Below are positions 48,125-57,934 of a stretch of 64,000 bases of DNA, in pieces. Each line of letters starts with the position of its first letter. Within the stretch, counting starts at the first letter, position 1. Source of the stretch: Armatimonadota bacterium (GTDB lineage: Bacteria; Armatimonadota; SYMT01); NCBI GenBank assembly GCA_041690135.1, contig JAWLHY010000002.1, forward strand, positions 560,342 to 624,341. The letters are read 5' to 3'. The notes beneath the pieces were generated by a model, which was not told the DNA's origin, made no database searches, and worked only from the letters and a program-made list of their open reading frames with translations. The position numbers were made by a program, and so were the translations under genes.

Positions 48125-49594
48125 TCAGGGAGAAAAAGGCCCCACGAACCGTAACCCACCGGCCGAGACATAGCCCCGAGCCCCGGCGACCGCCGTCAGG
48201 CTCACCTGTACTTCGGGCCGGGACCCGGAAAAACGGTACCGACCCAGCGATTGCCAGGTCCCGGTCTTTCCGGGAGTCAGGATGCGCTGGTAATGCGTTC
48301 CTCCGCTGGTGATGTTGTAAACCACCTGCTGGGCGCCGCGCTTCACCGTCGGGGCGTTCGTATAGATTTCCCACTCCCCGTCCAGCGGCAGGGTCGCCTT
48401 CCAGCGGGCCGGATGCTGCGGTTCCGAGGTATCGGGAGCAAACCACTTTCGCACTCCCGAAACTTCCAGCGTTTCCACGGACGTCCACCCGGGAGCCGTG
48501 AAGTCCGGACTTCCGGCGAGGACGTCGATCTCCCAGGGCCGTACCGCGAGCCGGAGCGTAGTGGTGGGCCCGAAGGCGACGGGAATCCGGGGGGCGATGG
48601 GGATTCGGGCCAGCCGCAGCTTCTCTTCCAGCACGCCCAGCGTTCTCGGCCCGCGGAGGGTGAAGGTGAACGCGGCCGTGTTCGCCGGGCGGATCTCTCC
48701 GGGCCCGGCCGGGGCGCAGAGGAACTGGGGACTGATCCAGGTGGGCGTATCGTGGAGCGCCGAAGTGTAACGGGGACCCACCCCCGGGTAGGTCCCCACG
48801 CCGAGCAGTACCGGCAGTTTCGCGGCATCGGCCGGTCCGCGCCGGCTGCCCGGCACCGGCCACGGATCGTCGCCGCGGTTGGTGAAGGAAATGGTGACGC
48901 TCAGGCGCTCGCCCGGCCGGATTTGCGCCGGCGCGGCCACAGATTCGACCCGGGCATCGCTGCGGACCAGCGTCATGTAGTAGTCCCAGTCCCAGTAGGG
49001 ACCGGGGTCTGTGTGGCCGCTGCGGCCGCCACGACGGTTGGGGTCCGTGGGGTGCGGGACCTCGGCGTGCGCAATGATGTGGGTGCGGTCCCGCGGGATG
49101 CCGTGGCGTTCCGAAATGGAGCGTACGAGCCGGGCCGAGGCCTCGTACAGCTCCGGGCAGAAGAAGCCCGGGCGGTAGGCGTACCCCTCGTGCTCCAACC
49201 CGATGGAGCGCGCGTTCAGGTCCGAGTTGCCGGCGTGCCAGCCGATGTCTCGCTCTCGCACTTGCTGCCACACCCGGGCATCCGCCCCGACGACGTAATG
49301 GGCGCTGGCCCGGGCACGGGGGTTCTGAAACCAGCGAACCGCTGACTCGGCCGGGCCTTCAATGTCGTGGATCACGATCCGGTCGATGGTGCGGTCCGCC
49401 GGGCGGTTGGCGGTCCGAAAGTTTGTCGGGGATGCGGGCGCCCAGATAACGCCGGGCTCATCGGTGGCGGGAACCTGGGGATCGGATTGCGCCCAGGCGG
49501 CAGCCGCGCCACAGAGGGCGGTGACCGCGGCCAGGCGAGAAAGCAGCACACGATCGCGGGAGCGTGCGCGGAACCAGGGGATACGAGGCAACAT
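48125..49594 (-). CDS. Secreted N-acetylmuramoyl-L-alanine amidase (Amidase_2) with Ig-like and C-terminal beta domains
   Basis: IVIHDIEG, SAHYVV, WHAG, SIGLEHEG, AHAEV, HTDPG; signal peptide ending AAWAQ. Confidence 0.9.
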   Translation of the reverse strand: MLPRIPWFRARSRDRVLLSRLAAVTALCGAAAAWAQSDPQVPATDEPGVIWAPASPTNFRTANRPADRTIDRIVIHDIEGPAESAVRWFQNPRARASAHYVVGADARVWQQVRERDIGWHAGNSDLNARSIGLEHEGYAYRPGFFCPELYEASARLVRSISERHGIPRDRTHIIAHAEVPHPTDPNRRGGRSGHTDPGPYWDWDYYMTLVRSDARVESVAAPAQIRPGERLSVTISFTNRGDDPWPVPGSRRGPADAAKLPVLLGVGTYPGVGPRYTSALHDTPTWISPQFLCAPAGPGEIRPANTAAFTFTLRGPRTLGVLEEKLRLARIPIAPRIPVAFGPTTTLRLAVRPWEIDVLAGSPDFTAPGWTSVETLEVSGVRKWFAPDTSEPQHPARWKATLPLDGEWEIYTNAPTVKRGAQQVVYNITSGGTHYQRILTPGKTGTWQSLGRYRFSGSRPEVQVSLTAVAGARGYVSAGGLRFVGPFSP

Positions 49595-49658
49595 CGAGGG
49601 AGAGTTCGGCGCGGTCAGGCTCTGCCTCCTCCTCCGCCTCCTCCTCATCATCCGCAGG

Positions 49659-49925
49659 TTACCAGCGCGGGCCGTACTGGCTGCAGTAATGATCCAGGGC
49701 GTGGCCCCAGAGAGAGAGGAGGCGGTCGTGCCAGGCCATGTCGCCGTGATGCATCGAGGAGAGGAGCGCGTGCTCTTGCAGGAGGGCGTAGCCATCCGCT
49801 AGCCGGCCCGCCTCGGCCAGGCTCCAGGCGCGCAGAAGGACGTCGGTGAAAAGATCGATCTCCTCACCGGGGAGGCCGAGCAAGCGCTCCAGGGGATCGT
49901 TGGAACAGGTGAACGGAGGCTCCAT
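49659..49925 (-). CDS. Small helical hypothetical protein
   Basis: GC3-biased ORF MEPPFT...YCSQYGPRW. Confidence 0.6.
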   Translation of the reverse strand: MEPPFTCSNDPLERLLGLPGEEIDLFTDVLLRAWSLAEAGRLADGYALLQEHALLSSMHHGDMAWHDRLLSLWGHALDHYCSQYGPRW

Positions 49926-50071
49926 GGATGTTACTGCTGGTTCCGAGCCGCCAAACGAGGAGCAGCCCTGTTGCGCCAGTGTTTCCCCGGACTGTACCCG
50001 GATAAACGCTCGTTTCCATGACCAGGGCATGACCGGGGCGACAGTCCGCATCTGCCGCCCCGAACGGTGAA

Positions 50072-51133
50072 TTACTGTGGTGTCAGCAGGAATGCGCGGC
50101 TGCGACCGTTGAATCGACCTTCACCCACGATCTGACCTTCCTCGTTGATGTCCAGCGCTCGCCAGAGGACCCAGCCGGAGCGACGCGGGATGCGGGTGTT
50201 CAGGTCGACCCGCCTTCTCCCCGACCATAGCAGCGCGCGCTGCTGGGGGGCGCCCACGCCTCCGGACCATCCCACGACCTGGCCTGCATTGTTGATTGCG
50301 TGGGCCACGGTTACCCGGGCGCGGGGGCGTCCGGCCAGGGGACGGAAGGTGCGCTGAACGGTATCGGCCAGAAATGCACGGGTCTGCCGGCCGACCACGC
50401 CCGAGCCGACGACCAACCCCGAATTGTTCACGTCGTACGCCTCGCTGACGCGACTGCGGTTGAAGAAGATGGTGAAGGTGCCCCGGAGAGGGGTCCAGAG
50501 CGTGGCCCGCACCGAGCCGTCCGCCAGATCGGCCGCCCCGGCCACTTCGAACTGATCGTTCAGCCCGTTAGCGCGGCTCTGTAACCCGCCCAGGGTTCCC
50601 AGGTCGGTCAGCCCTCCGGTCGGGTCATAGCGAAAGGCGCGCCAGTTGCCCTGCTGGTCCTGGGCCAGGCCTGCGGCCTGCCCACCGGCATTCACGGCCG
50701 TGGTCCGGCTGTTCTGGCCGCCGAGAAACGTGCCACGGCCGTTGAGGTCGACCAGTCCCGGGTTGAAGACGAAGGCGTGACTGAACTCGAAGGGGTTGGC
50801 AGGGGTGCCGGCGGTGTTCGCTTCTCCGCCGATGGTTCCCGTGTCGTTGATCGCCCAGGCGGCACTGTGCGCGCCGCCGAAGGTGAGACCGCGGTTGCGC
50901 AGGTCGATGATGCCTTTCCCCGGGTCCCAGAGGAAGGCACGGCGCGTTCCCTGGTCGGTGTCTGCCAGCCCCACAACCTGCCCGAGGTTGTTGATGCCGA
51001 GTGCCAGGCTGTCGCCATTATTGTCCTTCCGGAGCGAACCGAGATCGGTGATGGTGTAGCGCTGGGCGGCGGCCGGCTCGCCGGCAACCAGCACGAGCAG
51101 CATTACCGCCGCGAACAGCAAAGTTCGTCTCAT
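50072..51133 (-). CDS. Secreted HAF-repeat (beta-propeller-like) protein
   Basis: Signal peptide; repeats S.A..IN..GQVVG...(H/R)AF.W...DLG.LGG. Confidence 0.9.
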   Translation of the reverse strand: MRRTLLFAAVMLLVLVAGEPAAAQRYTITDLGSLRKDNNGDSLALGINNLGQVVGLADTDQGTRRAFLWDPGKGIIDLRNRGLTFGGAHSAAWAINDTGTIGGEANTAGTPANPFEFSHAFVFNPGLVDLNGRGTFLGGQNSRTTAVNAGGQAAGLAQDQQGNWRAFRYDPTGGLTDLGTLGGLQSRANGLNDQFEVAGAADLADGSVRATLWTPLRGTFTIFFNRSRVSEAYDVNNSGLVVGSGVVGRQTRAFLADTVQRTFRPLAGRPRARVTVAHAINNAGQVVGWSGGVGAPQQRALLWSGRRRVDLNTRIPRRSGWVLWRALDINEEGQIVGEGRFNGRSRAFLLTPQ

Positions 51134-51141
51134 GAGCGTCT

Positions 51142-51174
51142 CCTACTCCTAACCTTCTCCACCTTAGGAGTAGG
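51142..51174 (-). promoter_or_regulatory. 11-bp hairpin overlapping the Shine-Dalgarno of the HAF-repeat gene
   Basis: CCTACTCCTAA-N11-TTAGGAGTAGG. Confidence 0.5.
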
Positions 51175-51245
51175 CAGGATTACTGTGGGGGTTGATGCTG
51201 CTTATGGTGGACGAACGACCAGGGGCTGTTGGATATACTGAGCGA

Positions 51246-51647
51246 GTGAAATCTCCCCTGTCTCAGTCGCCAGCTCAACCCACCGTCGAGGAGTTTCTCG
51301 CGGGGGCGCCGCCCCAGGTTCGGGAAACCGTGGAATGGCTGCGCGCCCTCGTGCGGGCGACGGTCCCTAATTGCATCGAGCGGGTCTACCCGGGGTGGCA
51401 ACTGATCGGATACCGGGTGCCGCACGGCAAGAAGTCGCATTATTTCGGCTTTATCGCGCCGCAGGGCGAACGGGTGGCGCTGGGCTTCGAGTACGGCGTG
51501 CGGATGAGCGACCCCCATGGAGTGCTGCGTGGCACCGGCCGGCAGGTCCGCCAGGTCGAGTTCACCGCACCGGGCGAACTCGACCTGGCAGTCCTCACCG
51601 CGTTGATTGAAGAAGCCGTCTTCGTGGCCATACACCGGACCGGTTGA
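51246..51647 (+). CDS. DUF1801 (YdhG-like) protein
   Basis: LRALVRATVP..ERVYPGW..IGY...LGFEYG...DP.G.L.GTG...R. Confidence 0.85.
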   Translation: MKSPLSQSPAQPTVEEFLAGAPPQVRETVEWLRALVRATVPNCIERVYPGWQLIGYRVPHGKKSHYFGFIAPQGERVALGFEYGVRMSDPHGVLRGTGRQVRQVEFTAPGELDLAVLTALIEEAVFVAIHRTG

Positions 51648-51655
51648 AAAGGCGC

Positions 51656-53035
51656 CTACCGCGTGCGCACCTTGACCAGCGTGCTGAACTTGCCGCGCCG
51701 GAACGAGGGGTGCTTCACGATCAGGTTGGCCTGGTGTTTGCACCGCCCAACCGCGCCGAACCGGAAGTTAACGTTGGTTGTGGAGTTTGGCGCCAGCACG
51801 ACCTTGCCTTGCGGCTGCACGCGCCAGAATTCCGCGTGGAACTTAGAGGCGTCGATCTCCACCTCTTGCGGCTGGTCCGTATTGTTCTCAATGGCCAGGG
51901 AGCGGGTGTGGAACTGGTTGGTCGCCACCGCACCGAAGTCGATGAGGCGTGCCCCCACCTTGACCGGCTCCTTGCCTACCCCGCGACAGTGGACAGTCCC
52001 GATACTGCGCATTCGTCCGGAGACGCGGGCCTTCAATCCGAATCCTGTCCTGAACTCTCCGGGGAAAACTGGCGAGAAGGTGACCTGAATCTGCTTGCTT
52101 TCTCGAGCACCGAAAGTAACGGTTCGCTCCTGTCCCGCCGCCGGGAAAAAACTAGCCCCTGGAGAGAGGGTGACACTGACGGGTTGATTCAAGCAGTTCG
52201 TCAAAGTGAGTGGCAGGGTACGGGTGGAATCAACGATTACGTCGCCAAAATCCAGCGGACTGGGGTCCTGGGTGAAGAAGATGCCCGATCCGTCGAACGG
52301 CAGATAGATCCCGGCATCCCGGTTACCCGGCGCGGTTGCGGAAAGGAATACGGACCGGCGGAACCGGCCCAGTCGGTGGGGTTGGAATTGCACGGTCAGG
52401 GTAACCGTTTCGCCGGCGGCCACCGTAGTAGGAGAACCCGGCGCCAGAGAGAAGGGGGCCTCCGCGTTAGCCCGTAGCGTCAGGGCTCGTGCCACGGAGG
52501 TTTTGTTGGTGATCATGATCTCCAGGGCGCGCATTTCCCCAACGCATACCTCGCCGAAATCGACTGGTGTCGGTTGGGCCGTGACTCGGGAGGCCGACGC
52601 GAGGGTTGCCTCACCGGAACGGAACAACCGGAGGGCGTTTGCCAGGTCGGCGGCGGCCCGTTCGAGGAGGTGACTGGCGAGCACCGGGTCCGCCGCCAAT
52701 TCCTCCGGAAGCAGGTCGGCTTCTACCGCGAGGAGGGAGGCTCGTACCGTTTCGGGCGCCGCCATCCCGAGGCCCCCGAGCGCCTGCTGGATCTGGCCGC
52801 GCGCCGCGAGGAGCCCGGCGGCCAGGCCGCGAGGGTTCCCCTGGGCCAGCGCCTGCGAGGCGGCGGCAATCTGTTGGAGCGCGAGGGAGATCCCGCGCTC
52901 GACTTTCAGGTTCCGTGCGGCAACAGCGGGTGCGCCGCGCAGCCCGCCGGCGCTGGCCGGCCGTTCGGGACTTGCCGTAAGAATGCAGCACATGGCTCCC
53001 AGCAGGAGTGACAGTCGAAGACAGGCAGCGCGCAT
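51656..53035 (-). CDS. Secreted protein with about 3 choice-of-anchor-D/ASH-type Ig-like domains
   Basis: Signal peptide; three (V/L/I)DFG.V...(I/L).N...V.F units. Confidence 0.75.
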   Translation of the reverse strand: MRAACLRLSLLLGAMCCILTASPERPASAGGLRGAPAVAARNLKVERGISLALQQIAAASQALAQGNPRGLAAGLLAARGQIQQALGGLGMAAPETVRASLLAVEADLLPEELAADPVLASHLLERAAADLANALRLFRSGEATLASASRVTAQPTPVDFGEVCVGEMRALEIMITNKTSVARALTLRANAEAPFSLAPGSPTTVAAGETVTLTVQFQPHRLGRFRRSVFLSATAPGNRDAGIYLPFDGSGIFFTQDPSPLDFGDVIVDSTRTLPLTLTNCLNQPVSVTLSPGASFFPAAGQERTVTFGARESKQIQVTFSPVFPGEFRTGFGLKARVSGRMRSIGTVHCRGVGKEPVKVGARLIDFGAVATNQFHTRSLAIENNTDQPQEVEIDASKFHAEFWRVQPQGKVVLAPNSTTNVNFRFGAVGRCKHQANLIVKHPSFRRGKFSTLVKVRTR

Positions 53036-53224
53036 GGGACCTCCCTACCTCCTGATCCGGTAATCCGGCGGCTAACCTGGAATAGCGGTGTGCAAAGTAA
53101 TCCGGTTTCCGGTGTGCGGCTCACAGAAGGGTTAGTGGAAGGTCCCTTCACCTCCTCCATCCTGCATCGGATGGACGAGCGACCGTTCCGGGGTTTCCGG
53201 AACGGCTGCGGGTATGCAGCAAGA

Positions 53225-53298
53225 GTGGGAGAGCGGGGGAATGGGAGAGCGGGGAAATGGGGGCAGTCGCTCCCATTCTCCGCTTCCCCCATTTCCCC
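53225..53298. repeat. Purine/pyrimidine-block inverted repeat element
   Basis: GGGGAAATGGGGG (53251-53263) pairs with CCCCCATTTCCCC (53286-53298); similar elements at 19396-19507 and 56934-57011. Confidence 0.7.
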
Positions 53299-53335
53299 TT
53301 TCGTTCCGGCACGGGGTGGGTGCTCTGAAGACAGA

Positions 53336-54907
53336 TCAGGGCGAGAGCGACGAACCGGCCTGGGTGCGCATCCAGGAGAGGCGCTCGTAGGTGCCGGTGG
53401 TGGGGAAAAAGGGCGGAGGGTTGATGGCCATCCGGCGGTCGTACCGGTAGTGCTTGTCGTAGCCGGAGACCTGGGCGCCGGTGCTGCCGTTGAAGGTGCC
53501 GACCGGCCCGCGCTTCTTCTGGATCAGGCCCCCCAAGAGGTTCAGTGTGCCGGTGGATTTGGATGCGTAGTTGTTCACGTAGAACGAGCCGTCCGACGTG
53601 TTGCGGCCACCCGCCAGGGCCACCGCGTGGAGGGTGAGGTCTCTCGGCGCGTTGTCCGCGATCCGGATATTGCGGGCGACAATGCCGAGGGCCGCCGCCC
53701 GCAGGTTGAGCGGATCGTCCCAGGGCCGGGACATGTCCGGCGTGGTTTCGTAGGCGAGGTTGTCGGTAATCGTGACGTTCTTGCCGTTTACGACGTCGGT
53801 GGCGATGGTGAAGGCGCCCCGGTGAGTGACCTGGCTGCCGGACATGGCGCTGTCCGCCAGTTCGCCCTTGAGGCTGGTGATATGGCCGGTGCTGTAAATA
53901 ACCCCGTTGGGGAGCCCGGCTTTCGTGGTGGTGCTGGAGCCCTTCTGAATCACGGTCTGGTTGGCGTCGTACTTGAGGGTCACCGTCGTGGTGGTAGACC
54001 CCTGGACGATGGCGATGCGCTGCCAGCCTTCGGGCGTCACCGAGAAAGTCATTGATGAATCGCCCGCCACGTAGATGCCGCCGGCGGCGGGGAGATAGAC
54101 GCCGGTGCTGCCGGGGAAGCCGCCGCTTTGGCCCCACGCGGCGATCTTCTGCTTGTCCGTGTTGGCGGGCAGCTCGATCCGGTTGACGCCCAGCCGGAAG
54201 CCACGCGAGCCGTCCCGGTAGATCTTCTCGTAATCCTCTTCGCTGGAGGGAGTACCGGGTACGTAGTTGATGTTGTTGGAAACGGCGGTGAGGCGGTCTT
54301 TGAAGATGGAGTCGGTGGAGCCCACGTAGTTGATGTTGAAGTCGCTTCCCTCCGAGTTGTTGCTGTGGGCCGGCCCGTCGATGACCTCCCCCTCTTTGAA
54401 GTAGATGGCGCCGTTGGTGACGGAGGAGCGCTCGTAGTCCGTGAAGTAGGCGTAGCGGCCGAAGTTGGCCTGCTGTACGTAGAGTTGCACGACTTCGCGC
54501 CGGGAAGCGGCGATTCCGGTGCTCTGGATCGTGAAGCGCTTCAGTTCCGTGCCGGGGTTGGCATCATCCGGGTCGATCTGCACCCGGTAGGTTCCCGAGC
54601 CCAGGGTGACGGTGCCTCCGAAGGGATCGAAGGGCGTGGTGCCGCTCGGAGGGGAGGACTGCTGGCGCAGCCAGAGCAGGGCTCGCTCCGCGCCCGATTC
54701 CGCGAAGTTGAAGGCCGTGGAGGCGTCGCGCTGCAGGCGAGTCAGGCTCAGGCTGTGGAGAGTTGCCGCCGCGAGCCCCATCCCGGTGATGGCCATCACC
54801 ATCAGCACGAAGAGAGCGAACAACAGGGCCGAGCCGCGCCGTCCCGCCGGCCCGAACCGGCGCGCTGGATTCAGCCACTCCAACCGGTTTTGAATATCCA
54901 TCGTCAT
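53336..54907 (-). CDS. PilX/GspK-like minor pilin with a large C-terminal (DUF4900-like) domain
   Basis: RRG|SALLFALFVLMVM (no Glu5), AFNFAESGAERAL, C-terminal GYDKHYRYDRR...PPPFFP. Confidence 0.8.
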   Translation of the reverse strand: MTMDIQNRLEWLNPARRFGPAGRRGSALLFALFVLMVMAITGMGLAAATLHSLSLTRLQRDASTAFNFAESGAERALLWLRQQSSPPSGTTPFDPFGGTVTLGSGTYRVQIDPDDANPGTELKRFTIQSTGIAASRREVVQLYVQQANFGRYAYFTDYERSSVTNGAIYFKEGEVIDGPAHSNNSEGSDFNINYVGSTDSIFKDRLTAVSNNINYVPGTPSSEEDYEKIYRDGSRGFRLGVNRIELPANTDKQKIAAWGQSGGFPGSTGVYLPAAGGIYVAGDSSMTFSVTPEGWQRIAIVQGSTTTTVTLKYDANQTVIQKGSSTTTKAGLPNGVIYSTGHITSLKGELADSAMSGSQVTHRGAFTIATDVVNGKNVTITDNLAYETTPDMSRPWDDPLNLRAAALGIVARNIRIADNAPRDLTLHAVALAGGRNTSDGSFYVNNYASKSTGTLNLLGGLIQKKRGPVGTFNGSTGAQVSGYDKHYRYDRRMAINPPPFFPTTGTYERLSWMRTQAGSSLSP

Positions 54908-54926
54908 CCCACCCTCTGATCCGGCG

Positions 54927-55451
54927 TCAGTTGTTTCGGAGATAGAGAACGCGCCCGTTCAGCCGGGTCTCGCTTTTGCGTCCCCGGCCCGCCTTTTCCG
55001 TGTGGACGGTGAGGCGGATCGAGTGGCGGGAGTTCGAGTTCACGCGCAGCAGCTTGAGGTTCTCCGCCACCGCGCGGCCGGTATCACTTTCGGTGCGCCG
55101 CCACAGGCAGTTTCCAGTGGGGGAGGGTCGGCCGGTGGCGTCCGTCTGCGCGAATTCGATGTACTGGCTGTCGTTGAGCCGGAAGCGGTCGTAGTGCCCA
55201 TTGGCCAGCAGCGACGGGTAGTAGACGCGGAAGCGATGCGCGTTGAGGATCTCCACTTCCTTGGCCTCGCGGATCTCCGCGACCATCCGGTTCATGGCGC
55301 GCGAGGCGCCCTGGTCGGTGGTGCTCTGCAGATTGACGGCCTGCTCCAACTGGCCGGCCGTGCCCATCAGTCCCGCCGTCCCTCCCACCACGAGCAGGAG
55401 CAGCGCTGCGGCCACGAGCACCTCGGCCATGGTAAACCCGCGCTTATTCAT
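54927..55451 (-). CDS. PilW/PulJ-like type IV minor pilin
   Basis: KRG|FTMAEVLVA prepilin motif, M..EIREA. Confidence 0.85.
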   Translation of the reverse strand: MNKRGFTMAEVLVAAALLLLVVGGTAGLMGTAGQLEQAVNLQSTTDQGASRAMNRMVAEIREAKEVEILNAHRFRVYYPSLLANGHYDRFRLNDSQYIEFAQTDATGRPSPTGNCLWRRTESDTGRAVAENLKLLRVNSNSRHSIRLTVHTEKAGRGRKSETRLNGRVLYLRNN

Positions 55452-55884
55452 TGGGGATAAGCACCGTGACTTCATGGACCCCTCCCATTGGTTTCAAAGA
55501 CCCGGCTCCCCACTGAAGACGGACTGTGGCCGCGACGACATCCGTGCCCGCACCGGTCAGCGAGATCGTCCCGACCGGAGCAGGCAGGTCCTGCGCCAGA
55601 CCATCCACGGCTTCGAACCGGAACGGGGCCGCGTTCGGGGAAGCATCGATCACGCCCGCGGATCGGAGCTCCGAATAACTCAGGCGGCCGTAGCCAACGG
55701 CCCGCAGTTGATCGATCTTGTGCTGGACCGCGCTGGTCGCCTGCGCATAGTTACCGCTCATCCGCGAAGACTTCGCGGCGGTGGGATAGAGGGCCGAAAA
55801 GGTGAGCACCGCCATCCCCATGAGGAAGACGGCCAACGCCACCTCGATCAGGGTATAACCCCGCCGGTGTCCGGGTTTGCGCAC
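55444..55884 (-). CDS. PilV-like type IV minor pilin
   Basis: RRG|YTLIEVALAV prepilin motif, A...QHKIDQLR. Confidence 0.85.
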   Translation of the reverse strand: MRKPGHRRGYTLIEVALAVFLMGMAVLTFSALYPTAAKSSRMSGNYAQATSAVQHKIDQLRAVGYGRLSYSELRSAGVIDASPNAAPFRFEAVDGLAQDLPAPVGTISLTGAGTDVVAATVRLQWGAGSLKPMGGVHEVTVLIPNE

Positions 55885-56004
55885 GTTCCTGTTCCGCCTT
55901 TCGGGACAGAGCCTTCTCGGTCCCAGCGGACTCATCGGCGCGGCACGAACGGAACGTTAGGGATGTCCTACTCTTTTCGTCCCTGCGTGGGATGCCCGGG
56001 ATGA

Positions 56005-56023
56005 ACCGTGTAATCAACACGGT
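56005..56023. promoter_or_regulatory. Palindrome upstream of the pilin operon (candidate operator or terminator)
   Basis: ACCGTGT-AATCA-ACACGGT. Confidence 0.35.
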
Positions 56024-56082
56024 CAGCCTTAGGTCCATCTTTAGAATGACAGGAACCGGACGAGGAATAGTGTGCCGGTGGC

Positions 56083-56877
56083 TCAACCTTCCCGCCGAGA
56101 ACGGCGGGAACGGAGGATCGCATCCGTGAGGCGGGGGCTGAGGGTGTCGAGTACAAAGGCCAGGCGGATCAACACCCCCGTATAGATCTCCGGCTGGGGG
56201 CGCCGGATCGCTTCCAGGATCAGCGCGGCCAGCCTTTCCGGGGTCAACATCCGCCCTCCGGCGGAGTAGGCGCGGGTGGCCCGGTTGGTGGCGTGCGCGA
56301 AGAACGGGGTTCGGACGGAGGTGGGGAGGATCTCCGTGATGTGCACCCCCGCCTCGGCCGCCTCGATCCGGAGAGACTGGCTGAGCGCGTGCATTGCGGC
56401 CTTGGTGGAGGCGTAGACGGAGAGGCCCGGGAGAGAACGCCGGGCGGAGGCGGAAGAGATGTTGAGGATGTGCCCCCGCCCACGGGAGGCCATCCGGCGT
56501 AATGCGTCGCGGCTGAGGAGAAACGCTGCGAAGTAGTTGACTTCGAACAGCCGGCGCAGGTCTTCCTCCCGGGTCTCGAGCACGTCGGCCTGAAGTCCGA
56601 TGCCGGCGTTGTTGATCAGGATGTCCAGGGGGCCGTACTCAGCTTCCACCCGGTCGATCAGGCCCGCGGCGACCCCCGGCCGGGCGAGGTCCGCGACCAC
56701 GGGAAACACCGCATTCCCTTCCGCCCGCAGCGCGGCGACGGTATCGGCGACCTCCTCCGGCGAATAGGAATTGATGCCGACCTCATAACCGGTGCGGGCG
56801 AGGAGCTCCGCGGCGGCGCGTCCGATGCCGGTGGTCGAGCCGGTGATAAGCACCCGGGCGGGAGGGTTTATGGGCAT
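56083..56877 (-). CDS. Classical short-chain dehydrogenase/reductase
   Basis: TGSTTGIG, NNAG, ISS, YASTK. Confidence 0.92.
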   Translation of the reverse strand: MPINPPARVLITGSTTGIGRAAAELLARTGYEVGINSYSPEEVADTVAALRAEGNAVFPVVADLARPGVAAGLIDRVEAEYGPLDILINNAGIGLQADVLETREEDLRRLFEVNYFAAFLLSRDALRRMASRGRGHILNISSASARRSLPGLSVYASTKAAMHALSQSLRIEAAEAGVHITEILPTSVRTPFFAHATNRATRAYSAGGRMLTPERLAALILEAIRRPQPEIYTGVLIRLAFVLDTLSPRLTDAILRSRRSRREG

Positions 56878-56933
56878 GGAGACGCCTTCCCCCCATCGTC
56901 GGAGTGACCCTGTAACGAGGTTCCGGGGCGACC

Positions 56934-57011
56934 CGAAAGGGAGAATGGGCGAACGGTAGCCGAGGGAGGCCGGACCGACTCCCCTCCTCCGTTCCCCCAT
57001 TCTCCCTTTCG
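56934..57011. repeat. Long inverted repeat (23-bp stem, 1 mismatch)
   Basis: CGAAAGGGAGAATGGGcGAACGG ... CCGTTCcCCCATTCTCCCTTTCG. Confidence 0.8.
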
Positions 57012-57042
57012 CAGCGACACTTCCGGCACCTTCCGACCCGAA

Positions 57043-57669
57043 CTAGCCGTCACCGGGCTTTGCATCGGCCTCCGGGGTGAAATCCCCGGTTACCACCTGA
57101 GCAGCGACCTGGTTGAAGACCGACCGCGGACCGGTGTGCTTCGGCACGGTGGGGGGCGCCGACGGTTCTACCGGCATGTCCTGCAGGGTGAAGGTGCCGA
57201 GCACGTAATCCGCCAGCGGGCAGACGACGTTGTAGTTCCATCGCGCGCGATGGTGGTGGTAGCGGTGGTACTCGCAGTAGAAGTGCCAGAGGCGGGTCCG
57301 CTGGAACCAGTAGTTGCGCGGCGTGTGGATGAAGAAGTGGATCACTTCGTACGCCGTGATGTAGAAGCCGGCGCCGGCCGCGCAACCGATGGCGGCCCAC
57401 TTGTTCACCGTGAAGGCTACCAGCAGGTAGAGGGGGATGTGGGCCAGCCAGAGGAGGGGGACCGACGAGGACTCCCAGATCTCATAACGCTGGAGGGGAG
57501 CGTAGAAAGATTTAAGAGAGCGACTCTGCGCGTGGTGCTGGATGGCGTGTCGTTTGAACGCCCACTTCGAGATCTTTTCCGTGTGCATTCCGACACGGTG
57601 TACGAACCACTCGGCAAAGCTGGCGTAGATGCACGTCAGCACGAAACCCAGAACCAGCGACAAAACCAT
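57043..57669 (-). CDS. Fatty acid hydroxylase/sterol desaturase superfamily di-iron membrane enzyme
   Basis: His boxes HRVGMH, HAIQHH, HFFIH, HRYHH; NYNVVCPLADY..GT. Confidence 0.85.
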   Translation of the reverse strand: MVLSLVLGFVLTCIYASFAEWFVHRVGMHTEKISKWAFKRHAIQHHAQSRSLKSFYAPLQRYEIWESSSVPLLWLAHIPLYLLVAFTVNKWAAIGCAAGAGFYITAYEVIHFFIHTPRNYWFQRTRLWHFYCEYHRYHHHRARWNYNVVCPLADYVLGTFTLQDMPVEPSAPPTVPKHTGPRSVFNQVAAQVVTGDFTPEADAKPGDG

Positions 57670-57833
57670 CCTGCATCCTTTCGCGCCAGGGTTTCCGTTC
57701 ATCCGGAAGATGCTCGCTTGCCTGGCAGGTCCCACTTAGCTTTCGGCAGGTCGGGTTCATCTCCCTACTGCCTATGTCACCCGTGGTTGGCCGTTCTTAA
57801 GCCTCCCGGGTGGAACGGGCCGGTGCCGGACCC

Positions 57834-57871
57834 AAGCGAAACGGGCCTCACAGATCCCTCCGTGAGGCCCG
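57834..57871 (-). terminator. Rho-independent terminator downstream of the tRNA
   Basis: CGGGCCTCACGGA-GGGA-TCTGTGAGGCCCG followed by TTTCGCTT. Confidence 0.7.
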
Positions 57872-57934
57872 CAAGTTTTCCAGCCGGTCCGCCGCGGCAG
57901 CCTGCCGAGGACCGGCACTTCCATGCTCCATTAT

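Noticed and set aside
47829-49271. 480-aa ORF
   Set aside because: Overlaps the amidase out of frame with low-complexity Arg/Gly/Pro sequence; only the last 66 codons (with their own RBS) are credible
55885-56082. c-di-GMP riboswitch upstream of the pilin genes
   Set aside because: The conserved GGCAAAC/GNRA/GCAAAG pattern could not be matched
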